From: a virus
Taxonomy: Duplodnaviria > Caudoviricetes
Length of the DNA stretch: 55,286 nt
Direction: 5' to 3' (one strand)
IMG/VR virus record: IMGVR_UViG_3300013099_000024
Span: 1-55,286 of that record
How positions within the stretch are numbered: position 1 is the stretch's first letter; each line of letters begins with the position of its first letter. Position numbers and translations under genes: made by a program. The notes beneath the pieces are model-generated. The model saw only the letters and a list, made by a program, of their open reading frames with translations. It searched no databases and was not told the DNA's origin. Positions 20,414 through 29,172 of the stretch are shown one piece after another.

Positions 20414-21159
20414 TGGATTTTGTAGTGATGATTAGTGATACGCATGTAGGAAGGAGAACGCTGTGTTACGATGTGCAGCGATTTCGTGTGAGGATGAGGA
20501 AGTTGGTGATGAAAGTCAGGAAGCTGGATCAGGTTGCTGATGCCATGTATGTCTTTCTGTTGGGTGATATTGTTGATGGCGAAAATGTGTATCGTGGACA
20601 GCCGTATGAACAGGAGGCAGCGGTAGGAAAGATGATAGAAGTGGCATATGGGGCGCTAAAGGATTGGGACAATTTTGTGGATGGCATCTGGTGTGTTCCC
20701 GGGAATCATGGAAGGGTAGGGAGGCAAAATAGTGCGGAGGCCAACTGGGATCGAATGCTGTATAGGATGATGCAGGAAGGATTTGAGGTACCAGTACATG
20801 TGGCAGACGATTGGTATTTGGTAGCGAACATTAGAGGGTGGAAGTTCCTGTTAGTGCATGGCGACAACATCCGCATGTGGCAGCAGATACCGTTTTATGG
20901 GATTCATAGGATGGTGTTGAGATGGAAGGGAGGAGGGATCGAGGAAGACTTTGATGTGGTCTGCATGGGACACTTTCATACGGCTGCAGACTTCTGGGTG
21001 AACAATGTGAGGGTGCTGATGAATGGCACGATGCTATGTGGTGATGGATATTCGATGCGAATGGGACTTAGGCCTACGAATGTGTTTTGGTTGATAGGCG
21101 TCGACTCCAAGTCTGGAGTTTCGTGGCAGAAGCAGATGTGGGTTGGACCACATGCATAG
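20413..21159 (+). CDS. Calcineurin-like metallophosphoesterase
   Basis: SDTHVG, GDIVDG, PGNHG, VHGD, GHFH. Confidence 0.9.
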   Translation: MDFVVMISDTHVGRRTLCYDVQRFRVRMRKLVMKVRKLDQVADAMYVFLLGDIVDGENVYRGQPYEQEAAVGKMIEVAYGALKDWDNFVDGIWCVPGNHGRVGRQNSAEANWDRMLYRMMQEGFEVPVHVADDWYLVANIRGWKFLLVHGDNIRMWQQIPFYGIHRMVLRWKGGGIEEDFDVVCMGHFHTAADFWVNNVRVLMNGTMLCGDGYSMRMGLRPTNVFWLIGVDSKSGVSWQKQMWVGPHA

Positions 21160-21209
21160 ACGTGCATGCAATTACCATTTGCCAAATGCTTATAGGAGGT
21201 TTGATACAT

Positions 21210-21494
21210 ATGGGAGGTGACATCGGAGAACGAGTTGCGGTGTTGGAAGCAAAGATTGGGATGATGGAGAGTATGATGCGAGAGATGAAGGAGGACATCA
21301 GGTGGATCAGGGAGAATATGGCAAAGAGGGATGAGATGGTGAGGTTGTCACAGAGGGTGAATGGAATAAGTCAGGATGTAGCAGAAAATAGGGGAATGAG
21401 GGATTATGTAAAAATCATCATCCAGTGGCTAATACAAGGGGGTGTCATGGGAGGTTGTGTGGTTGTGATAGTGAAGATGGTTTTAGGTATATAG
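21210..21494 (+). CDS. Coiled-coil protein with C-terminal TM helix (holin/XhlA-like)
   Basis: ERVAVLEAKI coiled coil, hydrophobic tail; GGAGGT RBS before ATG 21210. Confidence 0.5.
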   Translation: MGGDIGERVAVLEAKIGMMESMMREMKEDIRWIRENMAKRDEMVRLSQRVNGISQDVAENRGMRDYVKIIIQWLIQGGVMGGCVVVIVKMVLGI

Positions 21495-22605
21495 TGCCAC
21501 CTTTGACCATAATAAGGCCATTTTTGCGCATGTTGTCAAGGATGCTGCCAACCTTGCGGATGTCGAGACCCAGCATGATGCATTCTTCCATGAGGCGTTG
21601 GCGTTCGATGGATCCGCCGAAAGATTTGATGATAGCTGCAAGTTGTGAGGCTTCGGCATCAAGCATGATTTGGCGGCGCCACTGGAGTTCGAGGTTAATC
21701 AACCGACGGAGTTCGAGGTCGTTGAGGTCGATGTAGACTTTTTTCTCGGGGCCATAGGCTGCGAGGTGGTAGCCAATAAGTAGGCGATCGAAGTATGTGC
21801 CTTCGAATGGGAAGAGGCCAAGGCGTTGGTATTCGCGGAGAATGCTGTCGGAGAAGTCGACCTGGCGGATAGTTTTGATGTCCTTGATGAATTGGCGAAT
21901 ACGATTGCGGAGTTTGTCGAGTTCGGAGGTATTTGGTTTGATGTTTTTGGATTTCCACCAAGCCTCCATGAGTTCGTCGGCTTCGTTGTGAGTAGGAAAG
22001 AAGGCAAGATAGATGAATCGGCGACCCATACCTGAGGTGAGATCGAAGCGTGCTGGCTGGACTCCCGCCCAGAGGGTGAGTTGGGTTTCGTATTCGATTT
22101 TGCCTGCGCCAAGACGTTTGCAGACGAGGCCGTGGTCGAGTGCGGCGAGAAGTTGGGTGTCTAATAAGGTGGAGTGTTGTTGTTGAAGTGCTTTGATGAT
22201 GGCGGAAAATTCGTCAATTCCGAGGATGCCGTCGGAGTAGATTTTGGCGGCACCATCGATGACGAGGATTTCGCCCATTTCTTGGCGAATGGTTCCGACA
22301 AAGCCCGCCTCTGTTATGGTCAGTTCGAAGCCATAATTTAGTCCTGTTCCTCGGAATATGGCGTATTTTCCTTGGAGAAATTGCTTCATGTAAAACGACT
22401 TACTCCATCCTGCAGGAGCTACGAAAAGGATATGCATCCTGAGACTTGGAATTTCACGCGCCTCAAAATACACCTCATGTTTGCGATTATGAAGGTTGAA
22501 AAAATGACACGCAAAACTACACACATAAAATGGACCAAACGTCTCATACTTATACACATGCCTCGCCTTCAACTCCTCCAAGATTGGCTCATAGATATCT
22601 ACCAC
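21445..22605 (-). CDS. MCM-like AAA+ helicase, short form
   Basis: HILFVAPAGWSKS, TEAGFVG, GILGIDEF, GRRF; C-terminal wHTH-like segment. Confidence 0.75.
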   Translation of the reverse strand: MVDIYEPILEELKARHVYKYETFGPFYVCSFACHFFNLHNRKHEVYFEAREIPSLRMHILFVAPAGWSKSFYMKQFLQGKYAIFRGTGLNYGFELTITEAGFVGTIRQEMGEILVIDGAAKIYSDGILGIDEFSAIIKALQQQHSTLLDTQLLAALDHGLVCKRLGAGKIEYETQLTLWAGVQPARFDLTSGMGRRFIYLAFFPTHNEADELMEAWWKSKNIKPNTSELDKLRNRIRQFIKDIKTIRQVDFSDSILREYQRLGLFPFEGTYFDRLLIGYHLAAYGPEKKVYIDLNDLELRRLINLELQWRRQIMLDAEASQLAAIIKSFGGSIERQRLMEECIMLGLDIRKVGSILDNMRKNGLIMVKGGTIYLKPSSLSQPHNLP

Positions 22606-22609
22606 TCAC

Positions 22610-23257
22610 TCACCTCCTGAAGTCTGTGTTTAAGACCTCCTTAATCCTGTTTGCCTTCCTCTCCCCAATCCCATACACTTGGCGTAATGTCTTCTCGGAG
22701 GCCAAACCTATGCCTACCAGCGACCCACAACGATCGAGGAGATCATCCAACTGCCAAGTCGTGATGCCTAACAATCTGGCCGCCAAAACCTTGGGATCTC
22801 GCCTGCGTGGTTGCAGCCATTTGCCTTCTTCGACCTTCTTGAGGACTTTCACCAAAACCATCATAGCCTCCTGATCAGTAGGCACCCAGATGACATTCGC
22901 ACCCATGCGAGTCACCAGGCTACTGATGGCGCCGATGGCTACGTAGGGATCACCGTGGATGTTCAACTGGTCGTAAACTTCCTTCGCCTCCTGGATGCTG
23001 CCGTGGATGAGGATGAATGGAATCTTGTCCTCCACATCGGCTTGCAGACAGATGCCTTCCTGCTGGCGTTCGTAGCGCTTGTCGAAGATGGATGAGAGAA
23101 GGTCAAAAATTGACTTCCGTTCGACGATAGCTTTGGATGTCATATAATCGCCGAACTTCAGCGGTTGGATATTGACCTCAAAGCCCTCGTGCTTGGCTAA
23201 CCGTTGGATGGCATCCTTCCAAACCTGTGGTTCGCGACTATCGATGATGAGCTTCAT
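22610..23257 (-). CDS. ERCC4/XPF nuclease with HhH
   Basis: IIDSREP, GDY, VERKS, GIGERKA; true start likely 23257. Confidence 0.9.
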   Translation of the reverse strand: MKLIIDSREPQVWKDAIQRLAKHEGFEVNIQPLKFGDYMTSKAIVERKSIFDLLSSIFDKRYERQQEGICLQADVEDKIPFILIHGSIQEAKEVYDQLNIHGDPYVAIGAISSLVTRMGANVIWVPTDQEAMMVLVKVLKKVEEGKWLQPRRRDPKVLAARLLGITTWQLDDLLDRCGSLVGIGLASEKTLRQVYGIGERKANRIKEVLNTDFRR

Positions 23258-23364
23258 TCCTTCAACCCCGCACATTTGGGACAGACCAGTTTCCAGCCGC
23301 CATACTTCTTGGTCCAGATCCATTGGGAGGACTTTCGCCCACAGACTTGGCAGGTAATCGTCAT
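23254..23364 (-). CDS. 36-aa zinc-finger microprotein (not in ORF track)
   Basis: MTITCQVCGRK..LVCPKCAGLKE; ATGA overlaps at both ends. Confidence 0.6.
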   Translation of the reverse strand: MTITCQVCGRKSSQWIWTKKYGGWKLVCPKCAGLKE

Positions 23365-24131
23365 GGTTTATCACCTTTCACAAAGTATCCTCCTTGCATT
23401 GATCCAGGAACAGGCGTTTGCGCTTGATCGTAGTGCACTTCGACATGAGGCAACCGTAGCTCTTCTCTCTTATCGTCATGCATCCAGATGATCGATCGCT
23501 TCTTCCTATCGAAATAGAACCTTGCCCCTGGGTTCTCGTTGTTTATGATTATATGATAGCCTCCTCTCGTTTCTGTGATCCATAGTACATCTGATTCTAG
23601 GCAATTGACTACTTGCTGTAAGACATCCTGGTCCTTCACATCTATATCCACCAAGTACACTGGTTTCCTTGTCCTACTGCGACAAATACATGAGAACCAA
23701 TGTCGATCCAAATTCTTAAACTTCTGTGCCACAGTTGTACTCTGCTTTACAAACATTGCTTCAACCAGGCTCTCAGCTATCAACTTCTCGTATGCCTTCA
23801 ACACTGACTTTGGATGGAGATCCACATATAATGTCATCGCCTTTGCGGGGATAGGTTTTCCTGTCTTGTAGTCCACATAGATGTTCTTCACATATCCTAA
23901 CCTCTTTAGTCTACGCCAGACATACGAGAAATCATCGTGCTTCAATATCTCATATGCCAGCAACTCCTCGCTCCTCGAGATGTTGGCATACTTCTTCCTC
24001 GCAACGATAACTGCCGTAAGAACCTCATCACCAGTCAACCTTGGCCAGACTGCCTTGTAGAACTTCCTAAACACTGACTTCCCTTTCTCAGTCAGTAACA
24101 TTAGCATCACCTCAATTCCTTTCCACGCCAT
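23361..24131 (-). CDS. Putative AEP-superfamily (primase-like) protein
   Basis: LVDIDVKD and ETRGGYHII resemble AEP motifs I/II; near MCM. Confidence 0.45.
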   Translation of the reverse strand: MAWKGIEVMLMLLTEKGKSVFRKFYKAVWPRLTGDEVLTAVIVARKKYANISRSEELLAYEILKHDDFSYVWRRLKRLGYVKNIYVDYKTGKPIPAKAMTLYVDLHPKSVLKAYEKLIAESLVEAMFVKQSTTVAQKFKNLDRHWFSCICRSRTRKPVYLVDIDVKDQDVLQQVVNCLESDVLWITETRGGYHIIINNENPGARFYFDRKKRSIIWMHDDKREELRLPHVEVHYDQAQTPVPGSMQGGYFVKGDKP

Positions 24132-24904
24132 GCCACTGCCACCACATTATGCTCATGAATGCTCTCCTCATGCTCAGCTACAATCACCCAGTCATCGATC
24201 CAACTCCACTCATTTACTACCTTCACTGCCTTTCTTGCGACATCCTCTACAAACATCGGATGATCTTCTGCCTGTTGACACCAATATAGTTCTTCTACCC
24301 TCTTCATCTCGGCCCATGGCATCAACTTCAGTTCGTCCACCAAATCAGTAATCATCCACGAAGTATACTGAGGGAGCGATTCATTGAACTCACTCAACCG
24401 CACAGTAATCGTCATCCGACTGCGTTGCATGTGTGGAATACCTCTTCCTGTAGCTCTCACCATCTCCAGACTACACGGACATACGCTGGCATATGGTAGG
24501 GTAAACGTCAGATACCATCTACAGTTGTCCTGGAAACGGCGGCCTTCGAGAACAAAATTCACAGTGAAACGTGGACCAACGGCATAGTCGATGATATAGG
24601 ACCATTTGCACTTCCAGTAGGTATTGCTGCTATCATGAGTGGAGGCTAATTCCTCAAGGAAGTTATCGTCGCACGCAATTTCCTCACCTTCCCAGTCGAG
24701 AAGGACGCCTGCCAATCGACTCATATGAATGCCCTTTCGATCGGTGAGACTGACATAGGCAGATTGCCTAGTGATCACAGGAGCTCCATCCCACGTGCGT
24801 CTGACGTTGAGTCCACGGATGCCGACCTTTTGGAGAGAAATGCCGCTGTCGTCCGATTGGCTTGCGTAGTCAGGCAGAAACTTTACCGATGACAAGACTA
24901 TCAC
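24107..24904 (-). CDS. folE2: GTP cyclohydrolase FolE2/MptA family
   Basis: LQKVGI, KGIHMSRL, SVCPCS, HMQRS, FVEDVAR, ESIHEHN. Confidence 0.92.
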   Translation of the reverse strand: MIVLSSVKFLPDYASQSDDSGISLQKVGIRGLNVRRTWDGAPVITRQSAYVSLTDRKGIHMSRLAGVLLDWEGEEIACDDNFLEELASTHDSSNTYWKCKWSYIIDYAVGPRFTVNFVLEGRRFQDNCRWYLTFTLPYASVCPCSLEMVRATGRGIPHMQRSRMTITVRLSEFNESLPQYTSWMITDLVDELKLMPWAEMKRVEELYWCQQAEDHPMFVEDVARKAVKVVNEWSWIDDWVIVAEHEESIHEHNVVAVAWRGKELR

Positions 24905-25563
24905 CTCCAACCTGCTGTGATATGCAACCTTGGTGAAATTCTCGTCTGCACTATCCCATTCTCCCACATCCACTGGCGGATACCTTCCAAACTTTTCGCA
25001 ATCTCCTCAACCGTCGTGCCTTGCGGCATGAGATACACATTCGGACTATCGATCAACTCCAAATATGGTTCCAACGTATCCATCGAATACCTTCCAATTC
25101 CCCATCGTTCTCCATCCGACACAATCTTGACAAACAACTTCCTCTTATGCTTCCCTCTCCTCACCTTCTTCAACCACCACTCGAGATCTCCCAGCCTCTT
25201 CGGTGACACCACAATGCGGCTAAACAACCCAAAATCAAACCTCTTCACCGTTCCATTCGTCTCCAACCCAACATACTCCGACCAGTCCCATTGCCACCAA
25301 CGAACTAACAACTCTCTCAACTCCTTCCACTGTAACAATGGCTCACCACCCGTGACGATGAGATGAGGATTCGCATAGTCCCATAGTTGGCGGAGTATTT
25401 CATCAACAGACATAGTCGGATGACGACTAGAGTTAGACCACGCGTGTTTGGAGTCACATTGTTCACAACCAAGATTGCAGCCCCTTAACCTAAGGAAAAC
25501 TGCCCTCAGCCCGATGTCAGGTCCCTCCCCCTGAATACTTTCGTATATCTCGGTAACTTTCAT
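24901..25563 (-). CDS. queE: 7-carboxy-7-deazaguanine synthase (radical SAM)
   Basis: SIQGEG, GCNLGCEQCDS, TGGEPLLQ, ETNGT, VSPK, PRLH. Confidence 0.95.
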   Translation of the reverse strand: MKVTEIYESIQGEGPDIGLRAVFLRLRGCNLGCEQCDSKHAWSNSSRHPTMSVDEILRQLWDYANPHLIVTGGEPLLQWKELRELLVRWWQWDWSEYVGLETNGTVKRFDFGLFSRIVVSPKRLGDLEWWLKKVRRGKHKRKLFVKIVSDGERWGIGRYSMDTLEPYLELIDSPNVYLMPQGTTVEEIAKSLEGIRQWMWENGIVQTRISPRLHITAGWR

Positions 25564-25591
25564 GCCTATCACCTCAAAAAATAGGAAGACA

Positions 25592-25993
25592 CTATGGACC
25601 ATCTACTGGAATGGAATACGTCGCTGACTGCTTCTCGGACTCCCAGATGGTGACTTTTATGTAAGAGATCTGTTTGCCTGCAACATTAATCACTCTGTCT
25701 GCTATCCACTTTGCTATGCACTCACAGGTGGGGTCTGATTGAAATCCTATGACAGAATCCAATACCTCAAACAGAGGGTCGGATACATTTAGCAATGTCT
25801 TGTGATCCAACTGTTGGATGATCTCTTTGATACATCCAAAATCCACTACCATTCCTGTCTGCTTGTCTGGAACCCCTTCTAACTCGACTCTCACCTTCCA
25901 CGTATGTCCATGCAGATTTCTACACTTCCCGGGATGCTTCATCAACCTATGTGCAGCCGCGAACGAATCCTCAACAACTAGTCTCATCCTCAA
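25592..25993 (-). CDS. queD: 6-carboxytetrahydropterin synthase
   Basis: FAAAHRL, KCRNLHGH, VDFG, LDHK.LN, PTCE, WES. Confidence 0.95.
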   Translation of the reverse strand: MRMRLVVEDSFAAAHRLMKHPGKCRNLHGHTWKVRVELEGVPDKQTGMVVDFGCIKEIIQQLDHKTLLNVSDPLFEVLDSVIGFQSDPTCECIAKWIADRVINVAGKQISYIKVTIWESEKQSATYSIPVDGP

Positions 25994-26071
25994 TCACCCC
26001 CGAACGGTTTGTGATACACATTACTACTATCTGACCATAGCAATCGACTACAGGAATCATCTACTATCACC

Positions 26072-26314
26072 TCACAATAATACCTTAATCTCCACGCTAT
26101 ACACCTCGGCCTTCTCTCCCGTCTTATAGATGTGCAACAACTCAATGCCATCTACTGTTACGTCAAACTTGTCCTCGAACTCTCGCAGCATTCTGAGGAT
26201 TTCTCCTTCCAACCATTGCTTATACTCCCTCAACTCCTCTACAGATGGCATATCAACCACCCTGATAGGAGGCCTAACACCCATCCGACTATCAGACTGT
26301 AAACAAATTCCCAA
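26072..26314 (-). CDS. Hypothetical protein
   Basis: ORF; start uncertain. Confidence 0.45.
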   Translation of the reverse strand: MGICLQSDSRMGVRPPIRVVDMPSVEELREYKQWLEGEILRMLREFEDKFDVTVDGIELLHIYKTGEKAEVYSVEIKVLL

Positions 26315-26348
26315 TCATGTCCTCCCTCAAAGACAGCTTGCGACATCC

Positions 26349-28412
26349 TCAACTACATCCACTCCATCCACAATTTGGACAACTGCCAGTCATGCACCCC
26401 TCTCCAAACGTCAGTGGCTGGCCACACTCTGGACAGCGACGACCTTCAGTCGTAGTTGTTTTGCCCACGACCTCCTCGAGTAACTTACCAATGACGTCTG
26501 CGCAGCTCTTGCCTTCCGACTTCTCTGACCTCATCGCATTGATGCATTTCACCTTCCGCAACTGACGGATGACCTTCTCGACTGGAATCCCATTGCGCAA
26601 TACCAACGAGATCAACCTCCCAATCGCCTCATTATTAGCCTCGCAGCCTCCTGCCGTCCTCACGAACACTTCGTATGGATGACCGTCAGCACCAAAGTTT
26701 ATCGTCACATACATCTTGCCACAGCCACTCCTTGCCTTGATGGTAGTCCCACTCAGTGCCCTTGGCCTACCGTTTGCCTGCTTCACTGACATCACTTCTT
26801 CCTGTCGACTACCTACCCTATAGATCGTGATGCCTTTGCAGCCTAACCTCCATGCCATCATTATCGCCCTCCTCACATCCTCAACCGTCGTTGTCTGTGG
26901 CATGTTGATCGTCTTACTCACTGCATTATGTACCCATCTCTGGAAGGCTGCCTGCATCCTGATATGCCATTCCCAGCTGATGTCAAGGGCAGTCTTGAAC
27001 AATCGCGGATCCTCCTTCACGCGATCCTCCCAACGGTCTCCGAACATCTCAATCAACAGTGGATGTACTACATCGTACTGACCATACTCCGTCATCCGAC
27101 GATATGACCACTGGAAGATAGGTTCGATCGATGGACTGCAACCAGCGATGAGGCTGATCGATCCTGTTGGTGCGATAGTCGTGAGGGTAGCGTTTCGTAG
27201 TCGAATGCCTTCCTTCTCCCACGTACTGCCTTCCCAGGCTGGAAAGACGCCACGTTCTTCAGCTAACTGCATCGATGTATGTGTAGCAGTCTCAGTGATA
27301 AACCTCATTACCTTCATGGCTAACCGCAAGGCCTCATCACTGTCATATGGTATGCCCAACTTTATCAACATATCATGCCAACCCATAATCCCGAGGCCAA
27401 TCTTCCTGGTGCGTAGGGTAGCCTTCTCAATCTCCGGAATTGGGTACTTGTTGACGGTGATGACGTCATCCAAGAACCTGACGGCGATCCTGATCGTCTC
27501 CTCTAACTTATCCCAGTCGATCTTGCCGTCGATGACATGAGCTGAAAGATTGATGGATCCGAGGTTACATGACTCATACGGTAGCAATGGTTGTTCGCCG
27601 CATGGATTAGTCGCTTCGATTCTTCCGAGATGTGGACATGTATTAGCACGATTTACGTTATCAATGAACATGACACCTGGTTCCCCATTCAGCCATGCAT
27701 GGTAGGCGATCAGGTCAAACAGCTCTCTTACCTTCACCGTTTTCCACACACTACTATCACGCGGATTGATCAGTTGCCACTCGCCATTCGTCTCGACATC
27801 CTTCATGAAGTCATCCGTCACTGCCACACTGATGTTGAAGTGCCTTAGCACACCCTCTCGAGACTTACAAGTGATAAACTCCTCAATGTCTGGATGACTA
27901 ACCTCCAAAATACCCATGTTTGCGCCTTCTCTACGACCTCCCTGACGGACAGCGTCTGCGCTCGCATCAAACAACCTCATAAATGCTACCGGACCTGCTG
28001 CCTGACCACCAGTGCTACTGATGACATCACCCTTCGGTCTCAACCTACTGAACGAGAACCCAGTTCCGCCGAATGCCTTGTGAACCTTCGCGGCATCAGT
28101 AAGTGCCTTGTAGATGCCTTCCAAGCTGTCTTCGATCGGAACCACAAAGCATGAGGACAACGTTCCAGCCTCAGTTCCAGCATTCACAAGCGTTGGTGAC
28201 GATGCCATGAACCGTTTAGACGTTAGCACTTCGAAGAACTTCTTCTCCCACTCTTGTGGATCATCCTCAGCCTTCGCAATTGCAACAGCCACCCTCTCGA
28301 ACATCTCCTCAGGAGTCTCTTCCAACAATCTCCCATTCTCATCACGCAAATAATACCGCTTGCGCAAGACATCTTCCACTAAACGCTCGTAGCCTTCATT
28401 CATCAGACTCAA
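26349..28412 (-). CDS. nrdJ: Class II (B12) ribonucleotide reductase with TSCPD/Zn-ribbon tail
   Basis: SPTLVNAG, SSCFV, TNPCGEQPL, TIAPTGSIS, SKTINMP, GCGKMYVT. Confidence 0.95.
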   Translation of the reverse strand: MSLMNEGYERLVEDVLRKRYYLRDENGRLLEETPEEMFERVAVAIAKAEDDPQEWEKKFFEVLTSKRFMASSPTLVNAGTEAGTLSSCFVVPIEDSLEGIYKALTDAAKVHKAFGGTGFSFSRLRPKGDVISSTGGQAAGPVAFMRLFDASADAVRQGGRREGANMGILEVSHPDIEEFITCKSREGVLRHFNISVAVTDDFMKDVETNGEWQLINPRDSSVWKTVKVRELFDLIAYHAWLNGEPGVMFIDNVNRANTCPHLGRIEATNPCGEQPLLPYESCNLGSINLSAHVIDGKIDWDKLEETIRIAVRFLDDVITVNKYPIPEIEKATLRTRKIGLGIMGWHDMLIKLGIPYDSDEALRLAMKVMRFITETATHTSMQLAEERGVFPAWEGSTWEKEGIRLRNATLTTIAPTGSISLIAGCSPSIEPIFQWSYRRMTEYGQYDVVHPLLIEMFGDRWEDRVKEDPRLFKTALDISWEWHIRMQAAFQRWVHNAVSKTINMPQTTTVEDVRRAIMMAWRLGCKGITIYRVGSRQEEVMSVKQANGRPRALSGTTIKARSGCGKMYVTINFGADGHPYEVFVRTAGGCEANNEAIGRLISLVLRNGIPVEKVIRQLRKVKCINAMRSEKSEGKSCADVIGKLLEEVVGKTTTTEGRRCPECGQPLTFGEGCMTGSCPNCGWSGCS

Positions 28413-29172
28413 CCTCCTCCCATATATCGCAACTGTCTGCTAAATCACAGAACATACACACATACAAATTCTTTGTCTTGGGCCAAACATTATTTGCCAA
28501 CGAAAAACGAATCTGTTGTAACCTCTTCTTCACCGCAGCCTCCGACCATGGGTTGACGTTTTCATACCAAATCTCATTGAGTCTTGGGTTGATGCATGCA
28601 ATGCCGACGACCTTGCCAATTGTAGGTTGATCTGCATGTTCGTAGAGTAGTTTGTAGAAATGCAGCTGTCTTCTCAATGACGTGATATCCATTGACAACG
28701 TACATTTGTACTCCACCAATACCACCAACTGTTGACTACGATCATACCAATCCACTCGATCAATATGGCCCTCAATACCCAATTCCGTTGACGTCAAATA
28801 CAACTCTCTCGCAACTGGAAACCATTCAGCCAGCCTACCTTCAGCCTTCAACAGTCGCCATCTCCGCTGTTCGAATCGTATGAAGTTCATCGCCCACCTG
28901 CGTTCTTCAGCATTAAATGAATGTGGAATCAACTGCACCCATTGATTGGGATCGACTTCCGACGCTGCATCGAAGAACACATTCGCCCATTCGTGAAATC
29001 GAGTACCTAAGGCTGCGAATTGACTGTCAGATGGACTCTCTTCGGGATTGTCTACGAACCTAATCTTGCACATCCGTGGACAGCGGACGTAGGCCTCTAG
29101 CATAGATTTACGAATCAGAAACACCATCCTCTCACCACCAAGAGTCGAGGGTTGTTTGACCTTCAACAACAA
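28396..29172 (-). CDS. Cas4-like PD-(D/E)xK exonuclease
   Basis: RCPR, GHIDRVD, VEYK, QLHFY, C-terminal CxxCx5C. Confidence 0.85.
   Translation of the reverse strand: MLLKVKQPSTLGGERMVFLIRKSMLEAYVRCPRMCKIRFVDNPEESPSDSQFAALGTRFHEWANVFFDAASEVDPNQWVQLIPHSFNAEERRWAMNFIRFEQRRWRLLKAEGRLAEWFPVARELYLTSTELGIEGHIDRVDWYDRSQQLVVLVEYKCTLSMDITSLRRQLHFYKLLYEHADQPTIGKVVGIACINPRLNEIWYENVNPWSEAAVKKRLQQIRFSLANNVWPKTKNLYVCMFCDLADSCDIWEEVESDE

Noticed and set aside
23258-23374. N-terminal extension of the XPF ORF in the track
   Set aside because: Better explained by a coupled zinc-finger ORF in another frame; XPF likely starts at 23257
28396-29172. CRISPR adaptation module
   Set aside because: Solo Cas4-like nuclease in a replication cluster; no cas1, cas2 or array
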